The notes under the pieces: generated by a model
Database searches by the model: none
What the model was told of the DNA's origin: nothing
The model's input: the letters and a program-made list of their open reading frames with translations, nothing else
Source of the DNA: Lama guanicoe
Lineage: Eukaryota
NCBI GenBank assembly: GCA_013239625.1
Contig: MU054323.1
Span: 15,008,029 to 15,072,028 of the forward strand
Direction of reading: 5' to 3'
Length of the DNA stretch: 64,000 nucleotides
Made by a program: the position numbers and the translations under genes
Shown here: one piece after another, positions 25,423 through 37,570 of the stretch
How positions within the stretch are numbered: the stretch's first letter is position 1
How the letters are laid out: every line of letters starts with the position of its first letter

Positions 25423-27199
25423 GATGTAGATAATGACTAAGGTAGCCTTCAACTATTAACTTTGAAACCTATCTCATTATTATATAGTTCATTATATCGC
25501 AATCATTTTAAATGGCTAGAGCATAAACCCACATCATGATGAATTAAATAGTCAAACTTTTTTTTAAATTAGGAGTTGAAAAAGTCTAGCGAAGTCATTC
25601 TTCTCTAGATTCATAGTAAGAGAATATACCAAGAATTAAGGTATATAAACATTTTTTGGTATATTTAAAACTGACATAGTCAAAATTAAAATTTTATTAA
25701 ACAGAAAATGTATTCAGCCCTTTCACTGAGTAGAAGGGACATACAAAATTTCACTCATGCAAGCTGCTTGCTCTATTTGTTGTCAAATTACTGAATGACA
25801 GATATATAATTGAATTTTGAAACCATCAATCTGCTCTAGGAGATATCCAGCACTGTACTTGCACAAAGAATTTGGTGCAGATAAATCTAGCAATCTGGCG
25901 ATGAAGAAGAAAAGATACATGGAAAAATTTTCCAATTCTTTTCAGATACATTGAAATATTGTCTTCCTCTCTGAACATCTTAGGAAATTTCTTACAGGAC
26001 ATAATGGGATCTCATAAGATCCTTCCTTAGCTGACAGAACCTTAACCCTAAATGCAGGCAATGGTTAGTCATTAATTCAACAATTCAGCTTTCAGTCAGG
26101 AAAGTAAGATGGAAATTTCTGATGCCTAGAAGATATGATTCCAGAGATTTCCCCTTGGCCTTCTTCAGGGGAAATTCTTAAATCTATAAGCATTGCATTT
26201 GTGTTATTAACAATGCTCTAAATTCAGCATGTCACACACAGAATGCTCAGGACCACAGCATTGCACCAATCCAGGGGGCACTATTTACATTTCACTCCAT
26301 GGAGTCCATTGCCAAGACGGGGTATAGATGGGTGTTTGCAACTTGGCAGCCTTAATGGGCTGTGCTTCCCCTAAGAATATTTAACACATCTTAATTTATG
26401 ATTAATAAACACAAGTTATTCAGTTTAGCCATCACCTACACATATTTTCTTCCTGTAAATTCTCAAAGTACACATTTATAACCACTTGTTTTGCATTTCC
26501 TATCTCTCCATCTGAGTCCTAACTCTTTTATTATTTAGCAAAGAAGCTCCCACTCATCATCCTCTGCAGTTTATTAAAATGACAATAAAGCATCTTCTTT
26601 CTTTTCCCTGCAGATGCTGTTTGAAATATAGATATCAGAAAAAAATTGCTGGAGGTAAATTATCCATAAAATGACACTTCCTAGCTAATCACTTATTTGT
26701 AAATTTTATTATACTGTTTCTATTACAAATAAATGAAACAATCTTGCAGAAATTTATTATGTGTATTCTACCAAAGAAAACATAAACTTTACTTTCATTA
26801 TCACTATTAATAGCATTATTAAATCAAAATAATTTAATTATATAAATTACATATGTTCTCTTTGTATATCTATCATAAAACATGATTTAAAGTTGAGTGT
26901 ATATGGCAAAGTCTACCATTAGTATACAAAACTGTAATTAATCTGAAGTTGAAAAGCTCACCCAAAGTTATGCAAGAAAACAATAGCAAAGTTAAAGTTC
27001 TAGATTAGATCTAAAATTTCCATTAAGGAAGCCTCACTTCTTAGAATGTGAAAACTCTTTCATAAAAGGTATGTAGGTATACAAGAGAGTGAGAGAGAAG
27101 ACAGAACAACAAAAAAAATAAGAGATAAATGATACTCAAGCAAGCAATTTCCTCTGAATAATAATTAAATGAATTATCCCCATAAGACTCTCTTACCAT

Positions 27200-28620
27200 T
27201 TAAGAGAAAAAAAATACCTTGATCTAAATATTCCCCTCCAGCTACAATGATAACTATTTTCTCTCTTGAGTTACCTAATTTCACTGTGTCCATTTCCTTA
27301 TCTCCCAACCACTATTCACTCCATTCCAATCTGTTCACCACATCAAAACCACTCTGATCAAATTAACTGACTTTCAAATTGTTTGATCCAATGAAATTTT
27401 TGATTCAAATAACACTTGATCTCTATGCAGCATTTGATATTCTTAAGCATTCTTCTCTCAACCTTTCAATGATCTATTTGGCTTCTAAAATATTTCATTC
27501 TCCGGGTTTGCCTTCTATCCCTCTGGCTACTCTGGCTCAGACATCTTTGCAAATTCACCATTATCCAACCGAACTGTACATATGGGAGCTCCTTAAGGTC
27601 TAGTTCTTTGGCTTCCAAATCTATATCTCTAACTAAGATCCCTCCACTGAGACTACTTACTCATATCAAGCATCCTACTCATCTTCAGCTCTTGCGTGTC
27701 TTAATGCTTCAAATTTAACATCACCAAGACCAAATTTAAAATCAACACAAAATAAAATCTGCTTTTGTCTTTTAGTGTTCCATATCTCACTAAATGGGAC
27801 TATAATTCATCTGATTGAGCATGTGTGAAACAGAGTAGTCGTCTTTGAATCCTCCATAAATAGCTCTAGAATTCATTCATTCAATCCTCCCTACACCCAC
27901 TCTACATGCTCTACTCACACCTCATCTACTACATATGCATCTTTACTGATGTCCCACCATGTACTTGGCCCATGTCACCATGTCTCAGGAATTTTTCTAC
28001 CCTGAAGCTAAAGCAAACCTAGTAACTTCAATATGATCTGATTATACTCCTACTTAAAATCATTCAGTGGTTCCCCAGTCGAACCTAGAATTATGACAGA
28101 ATCCTCAATGTAGTCTCTAGTTCCCGTTTGTGCTGGGAAGACACTCTTTCCAACATGTCACATTCTCTGCCCCTTACATTCTGTTTTTGTTTTTGTTTTA
28201 GTAATCCTGGCCTTTGTTTATTTTTGAGAGGTCACCATGCCATGCAAGCACCAGGCACAGGGCTTTTTCACATGCTGTTCCTTAATTCTGGAATGACAAG
28301 CCTTCCTCACTCTTACCCCACATATTGCTTACTTAACTGCAATTCATCCTCTGGACCTTAACTCAACACTCTCTCCCTCAGAGAAATTTCTTTGACCCCT
28401 GAGTCTATGTGAGATTCTTTGGTTTCTCACAGACACCTGGAAATGACCCTTATGAGACTTTTTCTTTCCTTTAGAAAATGTATTAAAATTTCTTGTATTT
28501 GTTTTATGATCATGTTTTTCATGCCTGATTTCCTCAGTGTACTGTAAGTTCCAGGAATGCCTAATTTCTGTTTTTCCTCACCATTGTATCTCCAATGTTC
28601 AGCTCTTAATAAGGTTTTTA
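27200..28620 (+). mobile_element. LINE-2 (RT remnant through 3' end)
   Basis: ORF 27379 contains TLDLYAAFDIL, approximating the L2 RT motif LLDLSAAFDTV. 3' end 'ctgtaagttccagg...caccattgtatctcca'. Confidence 0.85.
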
Positions 28621-29659
28621 TTTGCTTTTAAACTGCAATATGTAAATGTGTAGAACACGAGTTAACGATATTTGAAAGAACGTAAGTTGATGGTACATAA
28701 AATTACATGCCAACACACCACCTTATGCAACACTACATAATGTTTTATTGTTTAGAACCTATTGCTAAGAGAAAACAATTACAGAAAGGTAAATAAAAAT
28801 CTATAACTCATAAAGCTAAAGCTAATAATAGCTTTGGACCCCATAATCACTTTCCTTTACTCCTAGGAGTACAGAGTATTTCTATTGCACTTACAACCTA
28901 AGTTATAAAATTTTTAAAATTGCACAAAGACTTAATGAAAATCCAGGCAACAACAACCACAAAAGTTGCCTAATTTAAAGTTTAGTAGGGATTTAGCTTA
29001 ACTCATAGAGTTTTCTTTCACCACCGTGAATGTGAGAAATTCATTCTGGCCAGAATTTACCACTAGGTTCAAAAACTATTAAAAAGTTATCAAATATGAA
29101 AGACATGTTTTGAATAAGTTTTCTTTCAGATTCTGTTAGTGGAAAATAACCTCCCAAAATAATGGTTCAGGTAAACTCTTACTTCGGTTCAACTAGAATC
29201 TCACAATTTCCACCTTCAACACTTTCAGAGGTAACACTTGCCAAAAAGCAGGTGCTCTAAGTTTAATATTAAATGTTGGATCCTTGAGTTCCATAGCACT
29301 GGATACAGAATAAAAATTAATGTCACTGGTTAAACAATAATTTGATTGTTAAACAATGATTCGATAGATATTTTTTGAACATTGTCTGGAGTTTACACAA
29401 CAGTTGCTGATGAAGTGTTTAGTGTACAGGTGACAGATTCTCAGAGCACAGGGAACTTTACCCATGGTAATAAAGCAGAAATACAGCCAGGTAGAGACGC
29501 AGAATATGAGTTAAAAAATTGATTCTAATGTCAACAGTTAAAAATACCCAACATGGGTATCATACTAGAGAAAAAATGAGAATCAACACTGGGTTAAGTC
29601 CCCCAAACAAGCAGAGAACAAGAAGACTAGCACTGTGTATCCTAAGTGAGGTAAACTGT

Positions 29660-30085
29660 ACAGCTGCCCCTCTTCCCAGTGACAGCATTATACATCCCCA
29701 CAGACCGCAGTGAGCTTTCAGCATCTCTCTGCGGGCAGCATCTGCTTCCTTGTTTCATTGTCAAGCTGGGTCATTTGACTTGTCTTGGCCAATGAAATAA
29801 GAGCAGAAGGGACATTTGCCAATTCCAAGCATAAGCTTTACAAACTGTTGCATTCTTCTGCTGGCACTCTTGCTGTTTTCTCTTTGCCGCAAGATGGGTA
29901 GGTCAAGATTAGAGGCTGCTTCTTCAGCCTGAACTTTGGAATAAAGACACAAGGGCCATACCAATGTGTGACCAACATAGCCATTGTAGTCTACAAGCAT
30001 CATTAGTAAGAAATTCACCTCCTTCTCAATCAGTGAGATTTAGAAATTGCTACTGCAGCCTTACCAAGCAGTGAATGCAAAGTGA
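29660..30085 (+). mobile_element. MaLR LTR (MLT1-like)
   Basis: 'ggtcatttgacttgtcttggccaatgaaata', 'cttcttcagcctg', 'gagatttagaaattgctactgcagc'. Confidence 0.7.
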
Positions 30086-33000
30086 TATATTAAGCATTCA
30101 CCAGGACTATTTTTTTGTATGTAATCTGGAGTCATAACCAGGTCAGGATTGGAATCTTAAGAAAGTCAGGTAAGGATGGCAGAGCATTTGCCATGAGCAA
30201 GATTTTGTGCCAAAGACCAAAGGAAAGATGCAGTTTTTACATGTAGGGACTTTAGATTCTATTAGGGAGAAATTTTATGAGGTCACTAGACTGTAAATGG
30301 AGACTTTAAAGTAAAGGAAAAATGCCAGGGGAACTTAGGACTCACTCTTTCCAGAAAGAAATTATCAGAAGATATTTCATAAGAAAATTTGAGTTTAATT
30401 TGAGCTTTGAAGGAGGGTAGGATCACCTCCTATAAGGTAAACAAGAGGGATATTCGTATTTCATTAAGTGTAAGCACATAAGCAAATGTACATTTAGGAA
30501 GAAAGCATAGGTAAACACGCGTAGGAGTAAAGGCTTCAACTAAGAGAGAACATTAAAACTGGAAATAAAGGTCAAGTCAGATTGTGCAGAGACTTGGATG
30601 CCAACCTACAGAGTGCCAACATTGAGTCTTACCAACAAATTCTCACAGATGCCTGGAAATGACATCAAAAAGTGATGGTTGTAGACCCTCCAACATCTCT
30701 AGACAAAAGCCTAAATAGTAGAGATCAGATTTCACTTTCCCTTTCTTGAGCCACTACCCAGAATAAAGAAACTTAGCTCAGGAAACTCATACACAGCATG
30801 GTATTGCACGGTATCTACTGTGTATTTCTTTAGGCAATCAGCTAATGCTTCTTCAGAATCACAAAACTCTGCTCTCCAGTGTAGTTCTCTTTGGTAACCT
30901 GCTGTTCTAAATGCCCAGGAAGAAAATGTAGCAGTATGTAACCATAATATACAGCACTGAGACTAGATGTGACTATATATATACATATATTTAAACAGAG
31001 AATTTTAAGTAATACTTGGCAAAAATATGTACTTTTTTAAGAGTTACTTTAAGTTGCAATTCCATAAAACTGTGATTTAGTAAATATTTCTTTTTCTTCA
31101 ACTGTTACAATTAGCTTACCTTTCTCTCTGGAAAACAAATTAGAAGAAAAAAGAGATTGTAAAACTGCAACTTTACAGATAAGGCTTTAAACTCAAAAAG
31201 TATTCTTATTAAATATCATGACTGCAATTTCTAATACTAAATGTGTTTTGCTCCATAGAATATTCAATGAGTGTTAAAACAATATTGCAATACTAATTTA
31301 AGTTGAGTATTTCTTTCATTATTCTCTATTTCAGGTCACAGCTTTAATATTTCATTAATATTCTAGTAATGTTCACATTTGTACATTATAACCACCATTG
31401 TAAGGGCTTGAGTTACTATGTATTTTCATGCATCTCTTATTTAGAAAATCACAAGACTGATGCTAAAATGTTAGCTCAGAAATAACTGATCTGAAGGCGT
31501 TTCCTAGATAAGAGTACTTGGGAGGACTGACTCAAAACCATTGTAGTGTCAATCAATTCTGCACGTACATATGCAGTATCAAATGAAAAATAAAAGAAAT
31601 TTTCCAGATAAGTTAGGCAAAATTAAATTTGAAGTGCGTGGTTTGGTTGGTTGGTTATTTTTTGTGGTAAAATAACATTTAGCTTGAATTCCACCAAAGT
31701 TATTAATCTATAAGTCATCATTTTGCACTAGATATGTAGACACAATATCTATGCTAATTATGTTTGTATATAGAACAGGAAAACTTACAAAAACCACCTC
31801 AATAATTTTCAGAAGCCTCCTATTATTATGCCTATATCACAATGTCAAAAAATGTTGTGTTCAAATAAATATAGTATTTATAGAGGACCAATTTCTTAGT
31901 AAATCCAATTCACATATAGTTACTGAAGCTGCACCATGGAAAAGCCACTACACTAGGGGCTGTAACCAGAAAGAATCTAGAAGCATTTAATACCTATTTA
32001 AGGGGCAAAGCCTTAGCACCTCAAGCCAAGTTAAAATTGACATCGTCAAGCTGAATTCAAGTCTGATCAAGTCACTCATGTATTTAAATGAAATTCTGCT
32101 GTTCATGGCCCCTACCTACCTCTTCACCTTCACTTCTAGCCACTCCAGGAGCTGGAAAACCTGTAGATCTTAAAAAATTGTCTACATACACAATCATACA
32201 TCACCCTCCTAATACTGAGATTTGTATTTCTTCCTTCTCAATTGTCATTCGTTTCATTTCTTGTGTCTTTCTTCACTGCCTTATTTAAAAATTGTAATAT
32301 ACAACAAATATCAGAAAATCCAAAAAAATACATATACAACTTAACGAATGACCAGCAACTGGAAGCCCCGAGTGCGCCTTCTGATCAAAAGCCTTTCCTA
32401 TCCTCAGCGGTTACTGTGCTACTAAATATTCTGAAATTAACTTTTTTGTCTTCCTTTCTAGTTTTACTGTCTAATGATTCGTCTCGAAACACTGTGGTTT
32501 AATTTGTTATTTTGTCCAATGGAATCAAACAGTATATGTTATTTTTGTTTTTCTTTAACAATGTTGTGAGAATATGTTCTTTTATAGCTGGCTTCTTCCA
32601 TTCAACATTATGAGGATTATTTATTCATCAATTTGCATGTATCTGTATATACTGAGGTCTAATATTTTGGGATTAATATACGATAATGTGCTTATCCATT
32701 CTAATGTTGATGGAGATTTGTGTATTTCCAACTGGAAGCTTTAATGAACAGCCTTGCTATGGACATTCTCATCCATGTTTCCTGGGTGGACTTTTGTGCA
32801 CATAGGAGTGTAACTGCCAGATTACATAACAGGTATGTTTTCAGCATTTTGCAGATAGTGTCAAGCTGCATTATTACCATTTCACATTTCCATCTTCAGT
32901 TTATGAGAATTCTTGTTGCTCCACTTCTTCACCAGTATTTGATACTTTCAACTTTAAAAAAATTTTGCCAATCTGTTGGTCATAAAGTGATATTTAGAGG

Positions 33001-33634
33001 TTTTGTTTTTACTTAATATTTTAAATTTATTTACACATTTATTTTATTTTGCTGCAATATTTGAAGTAAGGGAGGATAGCACACCACTTTTTGATCTTCA
33101 AGGAAATGCTTCCCAGGTTTCACTAAGTATGACGACTGCTCTAAGTCTTCTTTAAGATACACCTCATTAAGTTAAAGTTCTCTAATCTTCCTAGTTTCTG
33201 AATTTCTAGCATAACTAGATTTTGAATTATACCAAATGCTTCTCCTGCATCTAATGGGATAATCATATTACTTTTCTCCTTTGTTGGGCTAATGTAGTGA
33301 ATTATGTTATTTCATATGTTAATATAAACAAATCTTGTACTCCAAAATGGATTTAAATCAATTGTGAAGTATTCTTTTTATCTATAGGCAGAATGGAATT
33401 ACTAATATTTTATTTAAGACTTTGACACCCAAGTTCACAACAGAGATTTGCAATTTTTCTTTTTTATAAGATTTTCTAGGTTTTGAAACGAATGTCATAT
33501 GATCTTGGTTTCAAAATACTGCTTTCAAAATATGAGTTGAGAAATTTCTATCTTTTTTATTCTGAAAGAATTTGTGTAAGAATTGGAATGATTTATTCCT
33601 AAAATATTTGGCAGAATTTTCTGGTGAAGCAGTG

Positions 33635-33661
33635 GTGTGTGTGTGTGTGTGTGTGTGTGTG
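33635..33661 (+). repeat. (GT)n microsatellite
   Basis: Read directly. Confidence 0.95.
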
Positions 33662-34195
33662 GTGAAGAACTTGAAATCAGAGTTTCTCTAAAAATATATG
33701 ATTCATAACATTTCTCATTGTGTCAAAGTTAAGTTGCATTTTTCTTGGAATGTGTGCATTTCATCTAAATATTAATACATATCAGCATTAAGTTTTCCCT
33801 AATATCCTAAAGTTTTCTTTGAAATTTCTTTAACGTTTCTTGTAATGTCTTTTTTTCCAAACCTAAGTTATACAGACGTATTATATGTGATAAGCTGTGT
33901 TGTTTTATTTACTGTTTCCTTCCATTTTCCTCTGAGTTTATTTTGTTATTCTTTTTCTATTTTTTTCATATATTTCACCTGTGTTTCTTATGAATACCAC
34001 AGAGCTTAAGTTTTGTCTTTCTGAAACTGGTTCAACCATATTCTTCTATAGAGAGCATTTAGGCTGTTTATAGGTTACATAATTACTAGCATATTTGAAA
34101 TCATACCTACCATCTTACCATTTGGCTTCTATGTGTAATGACTGTACTAAGTTCATTTTTCTCTCTTTTATCATCTACTTAGCATAAATGACTAG

Positions 34196-34885
34196 TGTTG
34201 TCAGTCAGAGTTCAGTAAAAGAAAGACTACCACAAGGGAAGGTGATGATACAGACAGATGAAGATAGATTTAAAGAGATTTATTACATGAATTTGACCTT
34301 ATGCAATTATGGGAGATGGTTAAGCAGTCTCTGTAAGGCTGTCACTTTCACATCTAATGTTAGAACTGAAAATCCATAGGATAGGCAATTGGGAAGAAAA
34401 TATGGAAGTACAAGCAGGCAAGAACAGGCTAAAACCCAGATGCATGAGCTCAAGTCCACAGGTGCAGACTGAAACCTGGGTCAGTTTTTGTTGTCTTTAA
34501 CCTTGAAGATATACACATCTTGCAAAAGTCAAGGACCTTTGTCCTTTTGCTAAATACACATTCCCCTGGCTCAGGAGTCAGAGAAGGTAGAGGAGAATCC
34601 AAGGAAAGAAGGAGCAGTTTCAGGTTTGACCACTGACTCAAGTCAATCAGTAAGAGACGACGTTTGTTTCCTACACGTGACAGAGTTACATGCCTCAGAG
34701 AAGTCTTCTGTAGCAGTAGCCTTTCAACGTAACTACCTACCTACAGAAAGGCGGCGGCTTCACCCCCACCTTCCAAATCCCCAAGGATTTCTCCTGTAGA
34801 CCACTCCAACCAGAAACTTAGAGAATAGGAATTCTGGGAAATGCAGTTTAGCCTAGCCAAGTTGACACTTTGCAAGGCCACCACG
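34196..34885 (-). mobile_element. Solo ERVL-class LTR (LTR41/LTR52/MLT2-like, 690 bp)
   Basis: 5-bp TSD ACTAG at 34191-34195 and 34886-34890. Termini TG...C(A>G). Minus-strand AATAAA ('gatttattac'). 'aattctgggaaatgcagtttagcctagccaagttgacac'. Confidence 0.8.
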
Positions 34886-37109
34886 ACTAGTTTGTGCTAT
34901 TCCATGTTTTCCGTAATTTGGAAGTTACACACATCTTGGTTTTCTGTACTCTTGCTATGTGTGTCCAGATGCAGACTTCCTTTTAATTAGCCCATTTGAT
35001 GAGTGTTGGACTTATTAATCAGTTTTAGAAAACTATCAATAATTATCTCATTGTTTGTTTCTTTTTCCTCGTTTTCTCTCTCCATTCTTCTGGAACTCTG
35101 ATGAGTGAATTTTACACATTCTTATTTTATCCTTTATATTGGTTACCCTCTCAACCATATTTCTCTTTCCAACTCTCCATTTCATTCTGAATTTTTCCTT
35201 TCTTATCATCCTATTCATTAAGTCTCTTTTCAGTTGTATCTCACTTGCCATAAGGGTCATCCATTAGATTTTATAAGTTATTATATTCTTCAGTTATATC
35301 AGTTCTAGCTGGATCCTTTTCAAACGTGCAATATCATATTTAGTGGTATCCAACATTCTGCAGAAGCTTTTTGCATTTAGGTTTTATTTCTAAGAATATA
35401 ATAGATATAGTGCTATTACATTCTGTGCTGGATAATTTCCATGTTTTTACCCTTATAAGTTTGTTTCTGGGGGTGATTGTTTCTGCTGATTTTAGCTGGT
35501 ATTTTATTGCCTCCTGTGCCTCATAAACTTTAATGGCTTGCTGGACACTTTGTTCAGTAAGTCTTTTTTTGGAAATAATTTGAGACCAGGGTTTTATTAC
35601 TGTGTCAGAAATAATTTTATTTATTTTTTAATCTTTATTCCAAGATCCTGGGAAGTTAACAGTCCCAGGCCAAGGCATCAGGATTTTCTGTGATACTTAG
35701 ATGATCAGGATACCATTCCTATCCCCAGTCTATAGTGCAGCATTCTGGGGTCCCTGCCCAGAATCGGGGCATTTAACACAGGGTTTCAATCTTTAGAGGG
35801 CTCTGAAATTTGACCTTTTCCCTTCAGTTCTAGGAGTTTGCCTCAAAGATCTGCTTGCCTGATAACAGCTTTCCTAGAATTGGCAGAAGAGGGGGAACAA
35901 CAGACAACTCTCTGGGAGCCTGGCTCCTGGTGGCCAGAGGACTTTGACTCCTGTCTTTCGGTTGTCTCTCATGGAGCCCTAGCTCTCATCTGTTTTAGAA
36001 AAATGTTTCTGGGTAGAAACAGCTCAGGTTTTATTCATTGGCTAATATCTTGCCTTTTTTCCTGGTCTGGTAATATCTCACTATCTTACAGATTTTTTGA
36101 CTGGTTCTTTTAATTATCATTTCTGGAATAACTCATCCAGATCATCTAGTTAGCCATTTCTGGAAGTTAAAGTCTCTTAGGCAGCTTTTCTTTCACTACC
36201 TAGAAGTCTCCATTTTTTCCCCTAGGGTCTTCAAAAATATTTCATTGGCATAAAGAGTTTCCACCTATCTTTGAGTATAGTTGAATGTCAAATTGGGAGA
36301 GTGGCATCTCATTTACCAACCTACCTCCACTCACACAATGACATATACACAGTAAGTGGTAAATAAATATTTGTTGGATGACTGCATGAATGAATTCAGT
36401 AATTTCAATGTGTTGTAAACATGATAATTTCTATAAAAATAAAAAGATGGAAAGATTATAGCAGGTTGAATTGTCAGAGAATGCTTTACAAAGCAGTTAC
36501 ATTCTGAATTAAGTCCAGAAGCCTGAATCTTGAATGCTAATTATGATTTGAATAGAAAAACAGAAATAATAGCAAACCAAAGAGGCAGAAAATTACAAAT
36601 ATATTCAAGACTTGCTTGCAAATATGTTTGAATGAAGTAAAATGTCTGGGAGTCATAATATCTATCTCAATATTAATAGTAATTAACATTTTTAACAAGT
36701 GTTCTAGACTAGTTTATCTAAATATTTCATTAGTATAATAAAGTTTATATCATTTATTTACATTTTTCAGACTAATAATTGAGGTGCCAAGAGAAATAAT
36801 CACCTTAAAACATGGTTAGCAAATGGTAAAGCTTCTAAGTGCAGAAAGAATAGTAAAAGAAAATGGGACAGGGAAATTAGAGGCTAGAATTCAGATTTAA
36901 TATGCCTACATAAGTTATTTGGATTTTGTCCAGCAGACAAAGACCAGAGAAGTTCCATTTTTGAGGGGAGAAGTAACCAAAGTACATATATATATATGGA
37001 AGAGAAGTCTCATGGTAGTAGGTATAACAAAATTTTTATCTATAATACAGTTGAAATGAGTTTTCATTCCTTATACTCTTCCTGATTAGACTGACATTTA
37101 TTTGTTTGT

Positions 37110-37570
37110 AGCTGTTTTTCCATCTGTTTGTTGTTCTGTTTCTGATGTTGCAACAAACACATACCTAAGTGTACTCTGTCAGGCACTGGCTTGGTTCCCA
37201 GAGACACAAAGAAGAAACAGAATGTGCAAACAAACAGTTGCATACAATATGGTGCATGCTATTCATTTAACAAGTAGACATAGGAGATCTGGGAAAACTT
37301 TCTAAGAAGGTCATACCTAAGATGACTTGATGCATATAGAGTGTACCCTGAAAAATATGGGAAGATAATAAGGTCCATTCCCCAGGTAAAGAGAGACAGC
37401 GTAGGAAGAACAGAAATATGAAACAGTCTGGTGTATAGGGAACTAGTTCTCAAAGGTGGTGACCAGAGCTGGACCATAAACATCTTGTCATGAATATGAC
37501 AAGATGCTTTATCTTTATTCTGTAAGATAGCTGGAGCCACTGAAAGATTCTACCAGGGGTCCTGGCATGG
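37110..37570 (-). mobile_element. LINE-2 fragment, antisense
   Basis: 'caacaaacacatacctaagtgtactctgtcaggcactgg' and 'ggagccactgaaagatt'. Confidence 0.7.

Larger units (their letters stand above)
32280..36170 (-). mobile_element. Old, fragmented L1 (L1ME-like), antisense, split by an LTR
   Basis: Reverse-strand L1 3' UTR and ORF2 motifs at 32.3-34.1 kb. The minus ORF 35048-35260 resembles L1 ORF1 (...NIKDKIRMCKIH). Confidence 0.75.

Noticed and set aside
26590..26660. + strand 41-nt exon candidate with a strong acceptor
   Set aside because: The donor GAG|GTAAAT is moderate, the candidate is isolated, two frames are closed, and the open frame is unrecognisable.
29354..29412. C/D-box snoRNA candidate (ATGATT...CTGA)
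   Set aside because: The C box is imperfect, there is no convincing terminal stem, and I recognise no rRNA-complementary guide.
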